Assembly: GCA_051294375.1 (NCBI GenBank)
Contig: CM119271.1
Coordinates: 8,655,409 to 8,709,577 of the forward strand
Origin: Paraspadella gotoi
Taxonomy: Eukaryota; Animalia; Chaetognatha
Direction: 5' to 3'
Length of the DNA: 54,169 nt
Of this stretch, positions 1-10,631 are shown one piece after another. The position numbers and the translations under genes are program-made. The notes beneath the pieces were generated by a model. It saw only the letters and a program-made list of their open reading frames with translations, was not told where the DNA came from and did not search any database. Numbering within the stretch: position 1 is the stretch's first letter; every line of letters begins with the position of its first letter.

Positions 1-138
1 CATAGCCGGTCCTCCTCGGCACCGCCGACCTCAATCACTGACATCGGCCAGCTTTTAGAGACAATGAAAACATCCTTAACTACCTTCTCGTCGTCCGATT
101 GTCCGAATGCGAGTGGGTTTAAAAAAAAAAACAAAAAA
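1..138 (-). repeat. 138-bp reverse-complement copy of 1368-1505
   Basis: catagccggtcctcctcggc...gggtttaaaaaaaaaaacaaaaaa is the reverse complement of 1368-1505; the same peptide MKTSLTTFSSSDCPNASGFKKKNKK appears in ORFs 64..393(+) and 1047..1625(-). Confidence 0.9.
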
Positions 139-2667
139 CCGGTGCCAAGGAGGCCGGCAAGTCGGCGCCGACACCGGCTAACTCGCGGACGAACGACTTA
201 TTTTCTCTCTCCCCGATATTTATGTCCCTTTTTTTTTCTCGGTTTTCGTAAAAATCGCAGGACTCACGCAAGACGCAGAGTTGTTGTAGTTAATGTTGTC
301 GTTGTTGTTGCTGTTGTTGTTGTTGTTGGTGGTGTTTTTGGAGCGATCAAGGTGCTCTCTTTTCGTACCGCATTAAACATGATTAAAATTTAATTAGCAT
401 TTTGCGGCGTGACGTTGAAATAGAATTATTCTCTTGATTAAAATGATGCGGAGATAAATTTTAACCGTAGCTTCCGTAAATTTCAGGGAAAAATTTTACC
501 GTCTCGTATATTTAGAGTAAAATGGTATTCAACGGAACGCAACTAATTTATTTTGATGAACTGTTTTCCATCAGATAAACCAAGCTTTTAGATTTCCCAC
601 AAGCATTCGAAAATCAAACTTCTCCCCTTGACGGCAAGACCGTACTTACCAGGATCATTTCTGTAGTATGTGTCCCAGGTCCCTTGAACTCATTTGTTCA
701 AACCTGCAAACCACGATGATGCTGTCGAGTTCGCTCCTGAGCGGGAAGTCGGGCCTTACCTTTGAGGTAAGGATCCCTTGATGACCGTTCTTTTCGCTTA
801 ATATGGCGGAAAGAGGGAGTGAACTTATTCTGAGTGGTTTTAATTTTATTTTAATAATTTGAAACTATCAAACTGTTGTATCAAGAAATTCTGATGATTC
901 TCCCTGCATCCTCTCTAGTTAACATCATCTCATTTTCTTTATCGTTGACATCGTTGTCATGATTCATGTCATCATCTCGGTCGTTGTTGTATTCATATCT
1001 GCATTCTCCAGCCAAGTGATTTTCTCAAAAGTAATTTTGCATTTCTCTATTTGTTTACGTTATTATCCCTGGCCATAGTGGTTGCTTGGTTGTCGTCGTT
1101 CCTCATATCACTGTCGTCGTTTTCGTCCTTGTCAGTGTCATTGTCGTCTGTTCCATCGTGGTCCTCTTCGTCGCCATCATCGTCTTCATCATCCTCCTCA
1201 GTATCTTTGTCATCATCATCACTATCTTTGTCACCCTTTTCGTCACTGTCGTTTTCCTCGTCCTCTACATCGTCATCTTTATCAACGGTGTTGTTGTCAT
1301 TGCAATCATCGTCTTCAACTTCAGTGTCTTTGTCATCCTTATCACTATCGTTGTCATCATTTCCGTCTTTTTTGTTTTTTTTTTTAAACCCACTCGCATT
1401 CGGACAATCGGACGACGAGAAGGTAGTTAAGGATGTTTTCATTGTCTCTAAAAGCTGGCCGATGTCAGTGATTGAGGTCGGCGGTGCCGAGGAGGACCGG
1501 CTATGCCGGTGCCAGGAGGCCGCAAGTCGGTCGCGACACCGGCTACTCGGGACGAACGACTTATTTTTCTCTCTTCCGATATTTATGTCGCTTTTTTTTC
1601 GGTTTTCGTAATATTCAGGACTCACGCAGACGCAGAGTTGTTGTTGTTGTAGTTATGTTGTCGTTGTTGTTGCTGTTGTTTGTTGTTTGTTGTTTCAGCG
1701 CCAGGTTTTTTCGGAGCGTCAAGGTGCTTCTCTTTCGACCGCATTAAACATATTAAATTAATTTAGCGATTTTGCGGCTGGGTGTGACGTTTGAATAAAG
1801 TTTTTCTCTTGATTTAAATGATCGAGTAAATTTTATCCGGAGCTTCGTAATTTCAGGGGAAGATCTTTACGTCCCGACATATTTTAGAGTAAAAAGTATT
1901 CAACGGAGTCGCATCTATTTATTTTGATGTAACTGTTTTCTGCGATAAACCAGAGCTTTAGATTTCCACAAGCATTCGAATCAACATTTTCCCCTGACGG
2001 CAAGACCGTTAACTTTACCGGATCATTTCTTAGTATGTGTCCCAGTCCCTTTGAACTCACTTGTTCGAAAACCTGCAACCACGAATGATGCTGTCGAGTC
2101 GCTCCTTGAGCGTGGAAGTCGGGCCTTACCTTTTGAGGTAAAGGATCCTTGATGACTTTCTTTTCGCTTATAAGGGGAGGAGGAGTGAACTTTATGTCTG
2201 AGTGGTTTTAATTTCTTTAATATTGAAACTATCAAAAGATTGTTCAGATATCTTATATTACTCCCTGTCCTCTCATTTTCTTTTTCCGTTGACATCTGTT
2301 GTCATGTTCATGTCATCATCTCGGTCGTTGTTTGTTTCATATCTGCATTCTCCAGCAAGAGTGATTTTCTCAAAGTAATTTTGGTATTCTCTATTGTTTA
2401 CTGTTATTGATCACTGGCCATCGTGGTGTGGCTTGGTTGTGCGGTCGTTTCTCGGTCATGTTTCGTCGTTTTTCTTGTCAGTGTCATGTGTCTCGTTGTG
2501 TGTCCGTCTGTGTCTTCTATTCGCGCATCATCGTCTCATCATCCTCCTCTCAGGTATCTTTGTTCAGCATTCTTTCTGTCATGTCCGTTTTTCCGCTTCT
2601 CGGTCTTACACATCGTCATTTCTGTCTCTTTAATCAACGCGTCGTCGTTCTGTCCTTTTCACGATCC
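139..2667. repeat. ~1.36-kb tandem duplication (about 139-1505 and 1506-2667), indel-rich copies ending at a 25-N gap
   Basis: 139-1300 aligns by eye to 1506-2667 (e.g. ccggtgcc..ggaggcc at 139/1506; gcattaaaca at 370/1741; atctgcattctccagc at 997/2341) with many single-base indels. Confidence 0.85.
512..1744 (-). CDS. Candidate Asp/Asn-rich acidic low-complexity protein, frameshifted in this assembly (clean core ORF 1047-1625)
   Basis: 192-aa ORF with a long D/E/N tract using varied codons (not a pure triplet repeat). Combining the two noisy tandem copies extends the frame through ...NNREYQNYFEKITLAGECRYEYNNDRDDD... to ...NDPVKLTVLPSGENVDSNACGNLKLWFIAENSYIKINRCDSVEYFLL*. No family recognised. 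Confidence 0.35.
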
Positions 2668-2692
2668 NNNNNNNNNNNNNNNNNNNNNNNNN

Positions 2693-2726
<34 letters not shown>

Positions 2727-3337
2727 TCCGGCCACTGGAGGTGCGGCGGAACATAAATCTCTCTTCTCTCGCGACGAACGTAATTCTTTTACCTTTTCCC
2801 GTCGGCAGGTTTTTGCTGCCNNNNNNNNNNNNNNNNNNNNNNNNNNNNNNNNNNNNNNNNNNNNNNNNNNNNNNNNNNNNNNNNNNNNNNNNNNNNNNNN
2901 NNNNNNNNNNNNNNNNNNNNNNNNNNNNNNNNNNNNNNNNNNNNNNNNNNNNNNNNNNNNNNNNNNNNNNNNNNNNNNNNNNNNNNNNNNNNNNNNNNNN
3001 NNNNNNNNNNNNNNNNNNNNNNNNNGAGAGGTGTCTTTAAGAGGGTGTGCGGATTGTTGACCCGTTGTCATGAATGATATACGTAACACGTCGAATGGCC
3101 CGGTGACTGGTGACCGATGATTGGTGAGCGATAGAGCGTAGTATGTGATTGTGAGTGGTTACAAATCACCGGTTAAGGTTAGCGAGGTTTGTTGCAGTGA
3201 AAAGAGGCGAAGGACTAAGATGGGAACAATTGCACAGAAAGAGAGGCCGTGGGGAGAAGGATACGAATCGGTGGTGGCCACTGGTCAGAGAATTGGAACT
3301 GAACGATGACCGGTACTGAAAGTAGTGGCGACTGACG

Positions 3338-3494
3338 GGTTAGGGTCAGAATCAGGGTCATGGTAAGGTGAGGATAAGGGTCAGAATCAGGGTCAGAATC
3401 AAGATCATGGTAAGATGAGGGTAAGGGTCAGGATCAGGGTCATGGTAAGGTAAGGGTAAGGTCAGGATCAGGTTCAAGATCAGGGTCAGGGTCA
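3338..3494 (+). repeat. Degenerate hexamer repeat (TCAGGG/TAAGGG/TCAGAA), telomere-variant-like
   Basis: ggttagggtcagaatcagggtcatggtaagg... repeated with 6/12-bp periodicity. Confidence 0.7.
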
Positions 3495-3527
3495 TTGTGA
3501 TCTTTTCAAATTTTTAAACCTAAACAG

Positions 3528-4154
3528 TAAGGCGTAGTGAAAGTTACATACGANNNNNNNNNNNNNNNNNNNNNNNNNNNNNNNNNNNNNNNNNNNNNNN
3601 NNNNNNNNNNNNNNNNNNNNNNNNNNNNNNNNNNNNNNNNNNNNNNNNNNNNNNNNNNNNNNNNNNNNNNNNNNNNNNNNNNNNNNNNNNNNNNNNNNNN
3701 NNNNNNNNNNNNNNNNNNNNNNNNNNNNNNNNNNNNNNNNNNNNNNNNNNNNNNNNNNNNNNNNNNNNNNNNNNNNNNNNNNNNNNNNNNNNNNNNNNNN
3801 NNNNNNNNNNNNNTAAAAAAACTATATTTAATATATAAAAAGTTAATTTTCAGGCTAAAATATAGCTTTTTCTCATTTTTGACCCACTTAATGAAGGAAT
3901 TTTTTAAAAAGAGTTATATTTCTTTTTATCAACTTTTTATGACGAATCCAAATCTGCCAAAAAATCTTAGAAAAAACTGTTTTGAAATTTTAACATTTAT
4001 TGGTTTAGTACTAGTATAAATATGGCCTACTGCGTAAATTGTAAAATTTATTAGAAATTTTTTTTATACATAAATGTTCATAAGTATAATGTTGTTCGTT
4101 CTTCACTTTTAGAATTTTAATTTAAGTTAAACTTGGGAATTTTACTACGCCTTA
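3528..4154. mobile_element. Non-autonomous hAT-superfamily element (MITE) spanning an N-gap
   Basis: TIRs TAAGGCGTAGTGAAA (3528-3542) and TTTTACTACGCCTTA (4140-4154); identical 8-bp flanks CTAAACAG at 3520-3527 and 4155-4162, fitting the nTnnnnAn TSD pattern of Ac-type hATs. Confidence 0.85.
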
Positions 4155-4409
4155 CTAAACAGAGAAAGAGGTGAGCGAAATTCACTCAAAAAGTGGTGCC
4201 AGATGACATTTTTTTTTGGGGGGGGGGAATCGAAAAAAGTGTGGAATTTGGAGCGATGGAGGCCGGGAAAAAAAAAGCCACGCGTCGGTTTTTACTGTAT
4301 TTTTTGGCGACGAATTAAGTTTTTAAAACGAAAACTCACAGAAAAAAAAAAGGAAGCGATTTGGCTGAAAATCGAGTAAATAGAATAAAACGGAAAAATN
4401 NNNNNNNNN

Positions 4410-4795
4410 AATGACCGACTATGTGCGTAACAGTGTCCCTCCCATTATTTATGACCAAAGTAAATGTAGCAATAAATGATGGCATTAGAAAAATTTTTGG
4501 TTGGAATAGATGGGAGAGTGTACGATCATTAAGGTCCTCATTTGGATATAATGATATCTATAAAATTTTTGCTTGTAGATCAAAAAACTTTGAATCCAAG
4601 CTTTTTTCCTCTAGAAACAATATTCTAAAAATCTTGTCAGCTTATTGTTGATTTTTTTTTTCTTTTTTCGTTCTGTTAATTTAAATATTTATATTTTGTT
4701 GAATTGTAAACTGTACAATTTATGCGTTTATCTGTAATGCTGTATGCCCTTTTGAATGTACTGTTTCAACTAATTGTTGTAAACGAATAAAACAC
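4410..4795 (+). mobile_element. 3' fragment of a non-LTR retrotransposon (ORF2 C-terminus plus 3' UTR; CR1/L2-like group)
   Basis: Peptide KVNVAINDGIRKIFGWNRWESVRSLRSSFGYNDIYKIF resembles the post-RT C-terminal region of invertebrate LINEs; followed by a stop, T-rich UTR and AATAAA at ~4786. Recognised from memory, not searched. Confidence 0.65.
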
Positions 4796-5399
4796 ATATA
4801 TTTTCTCCAAACTCTTTTGTTCTCGTCATTCTTCCCAACTCTCTCGAACGCATTAAGCCATCTTTCCATCCCTTCCTCTCTCAATTTCGCCCTCCCTCCC
4901 GCCCCCCTCTCTCCCCCCCCTGTTCTTCTTCAGCGTTAACATTCTGACACTTTTAGCGTCGAGAGCCAAAAGTCCGTCGCTGCCTCATCCTTCACCATCC
5001 GGAGTCTCGCGGCGCCGGGTCGTTGCCACGCCGCGCCGCGGGAGAGAGAGAGAGAGAGAGGGAGAGAGAGAGAGGGAGAGGGGGGGATGTGAATGCTAGA
5101 GAAACAGAAAAAGAGATTACAGAATGAAACTCGATCGCATGTTAGTGGTTTGTCCGTCAGTTTATTCGTTTGTTAGGTTGTCAGATCTTTACTGTTTTTT
5201 CCTAACGTTATATGATCCTTATAATCCTTTAAATTTTGAAAATAAAACTCGGGAGGGTACGTCGGGAAAGAATATTTCTGTACTGTACTAATTACGGTAG
5301 TAAACAAAGTTATTTTCTTTATAAATTTAAATCATCATTAAACACTCCAGAGCGACAAACAAAAATAAAACTAACGCATTCCTCTCACATCCCTGTTCT

Positions 5400-5675
5400 C
5401 ACATCCGGGTCCCCACCAACCGCCCGCGGTTTTATTTCCCGTCCTCGGCCATCGAATCCCTCTGCCTCCGCCGCCGTCGGCGCCGCCGCCGCCGCCGCCG
5501 AGCGAGAAATCCCATTGACCAATGTTGTCCATTTGTTTCCAGCTGTTTACTTCCCTTCTCTTTGCCGTCCGCCGGCCGCTTGGGGTCGCGGTGGGGAGAA
5601 AGGGGGCGCGCCGGGTGCAGGCGCCGTCGCCGCCGCAGCCGCCGCCGATGAGAGAGCCAAATCCCGGTCAGCTTA
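5400..5675. promoter_or_regulatory. GC/CpG-rich island with (GCC)n tracts, possible promoter or 5' UTR
   Basis: Local GC enrichment against an AT-rich background, ~2.5 kb upstream of the 8233 exon. Confidence 0.3.
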
Positions 5676-5708
5676 ATGGCGAATGAAAAACTTGCGCCAT
5701 GTCAGGAG

Positions 5709-5744
<36 letters not shown>

Positions 5745-5895
5745 CAGAGAGAGAGAGAGAGAGAGACTGATTAATTTGGCAAGAGGGCCGGAAAGTGTAA
5801 GCGGAGAATGTAATCTCGTCCTCTCATATTGGAATCAAGTGAAATTCAATACACTCTTTTCCCCGTTGAGCGACTAAGAATAGGAGACCCTCTCT

Positions 5896-5966
<71 letters not shown>

Positions 5967-6359
5967 GTGTATGTGTTCATAACATTCTATTGATTCTATT
6001 GGATGAGTTTTTGCTTTTTTATTATTTTCTTTTCATTTTTTATAAATTTAATGGAATGATCAATTTTTAGTCTCATTTCCATATTGTAGTAATGACTACG
6101 GTGAGGAATTTTAACTTTTACACTTTTGACTTTCTATGTATTAAAAATGTTTTTTTCGTCGTCGTAGTTTAAGGATGGAATGTCAGGAGTATCAACAGTT
6201 TGAAAAACAGAAGTTTATTTCCAGAAGTGGACGCTATTAAAGTTGATTCATGAATATCGAAAGTTAAGAATGTAGAATATATCAAAGAATTTTCGTTAAA
6301 TTGATAAAAATTGATAAAGTCATTTGATTTTAATAAAAAAAAAATAAAAAAAAAATCGG

Positions 6360-6936
6360 TATCGTTTGGTCACATTATGTCATTTTATGTCATTTTAGTC
6401 ACATTTGGTCATGTTTAGACACATTAGTCACTTTATGTCATTTTATGTCATTTTTATACACATTTGGTCACGTTTAGTCATTACCTCGATTTATGTTAGT
6501 ATAATCACGTATGGTCACGTTAGTAATTATGTCAATATGCTTTTTAAAAAATTGTATCGTTTTATATCATTTTGTCATTTTAGACGCGCTCAGTCCTTTT
6601 GTAATTATATCATTGTGTCATTATGCTATTAAGTCAATTTACGTCATTTATGTCATTTTAAATTGATCCTTTTGTCATTTTACCGTTCTATATCATTTTA
6701 TGTCATTTTAGTTGCGCTAGTTTGATCAGTCATTATGTCATTTTACGTCAATTATATCGTGATAGTTACATTTGGTTTTAATCATGTTTGGTCATTTTAT
6801 ATCATTTATGTCATTTAAGTCATGTTTGGTCCTTTATTCATTACGTCATTGTGTCATGTCATTGTATGTCGTTATATCTTTTTGGGTCATTTTAGTCATA
6901 AGGTCATTGTCTTTTACGTCACTTTACGTCATTATG
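6360..6936. repeat. Degenerate ~10-bp minisatellite (GTCATTTTAT-like)
   Basis: Dozens of gtcatttta/gtcattatg/gtcacattt variants in tandem. Confidence 0.85.
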
Positions 6937-7214
6937 TAACCCCTGTTTTTATTATTTTTGAAATAAAAAAAAAATCTGTAATGTTAATACTGTTTTTGAT
7001 ATTTTTAAAAAAATAAAAAAAAAATAAAAAAATCTGTAATTTGATATTTGATATTTTTAAAAAAATATCAGTTTGGATTTTAATTCCATGTCATGTCATT
7101 CATTCAATAAGTTTATCACAATTTCGCAGTAAAGTAACAATAATAATTTTTTTTAATTGTGTTAAGTGTAATGAGAAGTCCTTTCTTAGAATAAATTAAA
7201 GCGCCATTTAGCAT

Positions 7215-7263
<49 letters not shown>

Positions 7264-8232
7264 AATTATTCAGATATTTGTTGTTAAAATTTTCTCGAAT
7301 AGAAAAAGAGGATTCTTCCTCATAAATTCGGTCGGTACGTGTGGAAATTGTTGAATTTGATGTAACTTTCCCATATTTTTGGAATGCGAATTAGCCCAAC
7401 CTCCAATAACTACACGAACTCACCCATCAGACTGCTTTCAGTCCCCCCCCCCATTCCATTCCTCTCACCTCGCTGGCCGAACAAAGCGATAAACCACTGG
7501 CTCGCCAAACAGCCGCTTCGGCCGCCGCTCCGGCCGCCGCTCCGGCCGCTGTTTTGACCGCCAACGACCAATTTGCTTCGTCGTCTTCCGAATTCCATTC
7601 GAGTCGTTAAAAACAAATCCTTATGGACGATCGTCTTGATGGGCGGACACCTGAGGTCTTGAGGTGATTATGTAAAAGAGGGTTAGGGTTTAACAGAGAG
7701 AGAGAGAGAGAGAGAGAGGTGGTAAAATAGTTAATCGTCTTTTAGGCAAATTGTTATAAGTGAAATAAAAAGAACACTGTAGATTGTAGAAGCATAGTGA
7801 GACAGGCAGAATTTCTGTCAGAATTTTTGTCATAAAGAGTGCAATTTTCTGTTAATTTGTTCAATGTTCTTAACGTGATAACTCAAGGCAGACTTTGTTT
7901 AATAATAATATACGTAGAATAGAAATCTTAAAAGACTAGTCACTGTCAATATATTTAATCCAAGTTTAAAACTCTTCTTTGTTCCGCCGAATCCAATCGC
8001 CCGAGAAATTTGATCCCCAGTCCACCAGCTTAAAAATCCCCCACTGACGAGTTCTCTTGTTTTTCTCCAACCCTCATTATTTTTTGGATGGATTGACTAT
8101 TTCAATATTTAACAACGCTTTAGTTAATAATCTCTCAATCTCGCATTTGAGAGCACTGGATTTAAAAGCCAATTTTTTTGGGGGGAAGTTTTTAAAACCA
8201 TTTGTTTTGTTTTTTCTGTAACGAATAATAAG

Positions 8233-8968
8233 ATGTCTTCAAACATCCCGGCCGAATCTTCCGACGCCGCCGAAGAAGATCTCGGCAACTTCGACAATAT
8301 CGCGCCCGGCGCTTTTTCTCTCAAATATAACCGAGCTACCATTGGGGCTATCGGCGTCGAAGCTACCATGGTCGCTCAACACGTTCGTCCGCTGAGCGTG
8401 CCCGTTTGGTCGGAATGCGGCGCAAAGAAGGATGCGGAAATGTGTCGGGACGTCGTTGAAGGTATCGACAAAGATATTAAGGACGTCCGAGATGCTCCCG
8501 AAGGCATCGCCGAAAATCCCGTCGAGGAAATATTCTTGCTACATATGGAACAGTCTACTTCATCATCGACGGCCGAGCCGACAATGACGACGGCGACGAC
8601 GACAACGCCACCTACGTTGAAAACGCCGCCACCAACGCCTCCTTCCGCATCCCGCCTCCAGCGCCTCCCCGGCTCCGCCTTCCGCTTCGAGAATCGGGCC
8701 TTCGCTATCCGCGTCGACTCTGCGGAAGCGGAGGCGCACGTGGACGAGCTTCTCGAGGCGCGGAGTGGTTCGGACGACGGATCAAAAGGATCGAACAAAC
8801 TTACCAGCGTTCTGAATCGATCCACCGACCTTCAGGAGCATGACGAGCGCACCCTCGATCAACCCGTCGACTCCCCGCGCTCGCGTCAAAAACCTCCCGA
8901 TTTGAACATCAAGATTCCCGACTTTGCCGAGGTCGATTTCGATGTCTACCCTGTGGCGGAATCTATTG
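8233..8968 (+). CDS. Exon 1 (or first visible exon) of an orphan single-pass membrane protein gene
   Basis: 245 open codons of non-repetitive, GC-richer sequence; ends ATT G|gttagt (phase-1 donor at 8969). The ATG is directly preceded by AG after a T-rich tract, so further upstream exons are possible. Confidence 0.75.
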
Positions 8969-9047
8969 GTTAGTACTGGTATAATATTATAGTTAATACT
9001 TGTATTTCAAAATTATTCCATTTAAATTTTTTAGCTCATTAAAATTT

Positions 9048-9054
9048 AAAAAAA
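9048..9054 (-). terminator. Pol III terminator (T7) downstream of the tRNA-Lys copy
   Basis: Run of 7 A on + strand, 12 nt beyond the tRNA 3' end. Confidence 0.5.
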
Positions 9055-9066
9055 GCTGGAATTGGG

Positions 9067-9135
9067 CGCCAAGTATGGGGGTCGAACCCACGACCCTAGG
9101 ATTAAGAGTCCTGTGCTCTACTGAGCTAACCGGGC
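9067..9135 (-). tRNA. trnK-CTT: tRNA-Lys(CTT)-derived sequence, probably a pseudogene (4-nt D-loop deletion)
   Basis: Minus strand GCCCGGTTAGCTCAGTAGAGCACAGGACTCTTAATCCTAGGGTCGTGGGTTCGACCCCCATACTTGGCG closely matches metazoan tRNA-Lys-CTT but lacks TCGG in the D loop and has single mismatches in acceptor and anticodon stems; B box intact. Confidence 0.85.
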
Positions 9136-9392
9136 GACACTTCCGTAAATTTCTCAATCCTATCTGAATTCACAACTCTAAAACTCCCGAGTTATTATTT
9201 AACATTTTCTCGAGCAAACTAATAAAAATACTTATTTTAATTGATGGTTCTTTCATGAAGTTTCTCAAGTCAGTGAGTTATCCAAATGATGTGATAGCCT
9301 CTGTTAGTTTTCCACTCGTAATGCTCAAAAAGCAGTGAATTATAAAATCGCCATTTTTTTAATATTTATAAACATTTTCTCAATCTTTCCAT

Positions 9393-9655
9393 TGTGGCGG
9401 TATATTCACACCGCCTCACGTCCACCATCCATCAGCCAAATCCATTGGCTCAGAGGGGGAACACACCATCCCAAGCGTAGTATTCCATCCACAGTTCTAA
9501 CGACTTCCCTCTGCGTTGGCAAAGCGAGACCGTCCTAGGGTAACCGCGCTAGTGACTGGAGGCGTCACTGAAGGTCGGAAGCCCTCAAAGCCAACAGTGA
9601 GATGCCCCATCCCAATGGGCATCGCAGGCAACCCGGCTGTTGCCATACCATACCC
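9393..9655 (+). mobile_element. Hairpin-rich intronic element with (CATAC)n tail; SINE or LINE-3'UTR-like
   Basis: Stems gtggcggt/accgcctcac, agccaa/ttggct, cagagggg/ttccctctg, agtgac/gtcact, gatgccc/gggcatc, ggcaac/gttgcc; ends ccataccatacc; possible CCATT duplication at 9389-9393 and 9654-9658. Confidence 0.45.
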
Positions 9656-9673
9656 ATTTTTTTTCTCCTCCAG

Positions 9674-9836
9674 CCGGAGTGGACGGACCTCCTCTGGCTT
9701 CTCCCATCCTCGTCGACTCCTTCCAACTTCTCAACTCTCTCCATCGACGCGACAAAACGCTGGCTTCGACGACGCTCACCTTTTTCGTCGTCATCGTCGT
9801 TCTCGTCGCCGTCATCGCTTTTCTCGTTATTAAAGG
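9674..9836 (+). CDS. Exon 2, encodes predicted transmembrane helix TLTFFVVIVVLVAVIAFLVIK
   Basis: Acceptor ttttttttctcctccag| at 9673 (phase 1, matching exon 1); donor AAA GG|gtaagt at 9837 (phase 2); ~20-aa hydrophobic stretch. Confidence 0.75.
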
Positions 9837-10076
9837 GTAAGTTAAGTCGAGCGGGTTAGCGGGTTAGTTAGACTTCGTTTTTTTTTATCTATTCGGTAAC
9901 AAAGCGAACGTTGAAATAAAATTCCCCGAAGAAAACGAAGAGACTTAAGTATTTTTAGCTTTTTTTATTTATTTTTGTGTTGACATCCTGATGCAGTCAG
10001 CTGGTCGAGTCGTTCGTCGGCCAGTCAATCGGATAAGCGACCCGTGATCCAAACGACATCCGTTTTATTTTCTCAG

Positions 10077-10413
10077 CTCGTCTTGCGACGATGGCAACGC
10101 GATGACTTTTCATCGGACAACAATCAAGAGAGAAACGACGACTGCAAATGAAAAACTGTTAACAAGTACGGAAGCCGCGCTTTCGCCGGAAACGTCGGCG
10201 ACGTTGACGGCGACGAAGATGGCGACGACGTCTTCCGACGACTTTTCGACGACGTCGACGACCGCGGGCGCGACGACCTGCTCGGTTCCGCATCCAATTC
10301 TTCTAAGGAGTTATCAACAACAACAACGACGACGAAAACCCGCTAGGAATTTGATATTGCGATCCAGATGGCGTCGTAATCACTCTGTTGTCAATATACG
10401 ACCGAGAAAGTGA
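10077..10413 (+). CDS. Exon 3 (terminal), Thr/Ser-rich then basic tail
   Basis: Acceptor gttttattttctcag| at 10076, phase 2 matching exon 2 (GG|C = Gly), in frame with ORF 10102..10413; spliced total 736+163+337 = 1236 nt = 411 aa plus stop. Confidence 0.7.
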
Positions 10414-10617
10414 AAAAAAAAACCTTTTCGTTATTTGTAGGCATAAATCTCGTAAATAAAACAATGACCTTGTATGACCATTTTCGAGCGAATTTAACAA
10501 AACAAAAATCAACGCAAAAATAAACGAAACATTCAGAATACCAAATTATCTATTTTCCTTCGATGCAACGTAGTCCGTTTGAACTCACAAAGCTGTTTCC
10601 GCTCACGCGCACTTCCC

Positions 10618-10631
10618 GTCTCCATGGCAAC
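10618..10631 (+). promoter_or_regulatory. X-box (RFX-binding) motif
   Basis: GTCTCCATGGCAAC matches the GTNNCC-AT-GGNAAC consensus, inside a CpG-rich patch running into an N-gap. Confidence 0.45.

Noticed and set aside
1051-1611. Plus-strand Ser-rich and Val/Ile-rich ORFs with apparent signal or TM segments
   Set aside because: Antisense shadows of the GAY-codon-rich minus-strand ORF.
9568-9592. SRP RNA helix 8 (AGGTCGGAA)
   Set aside because: Only 9 nt match; the following GAGCAG and the Alu domain are absent.
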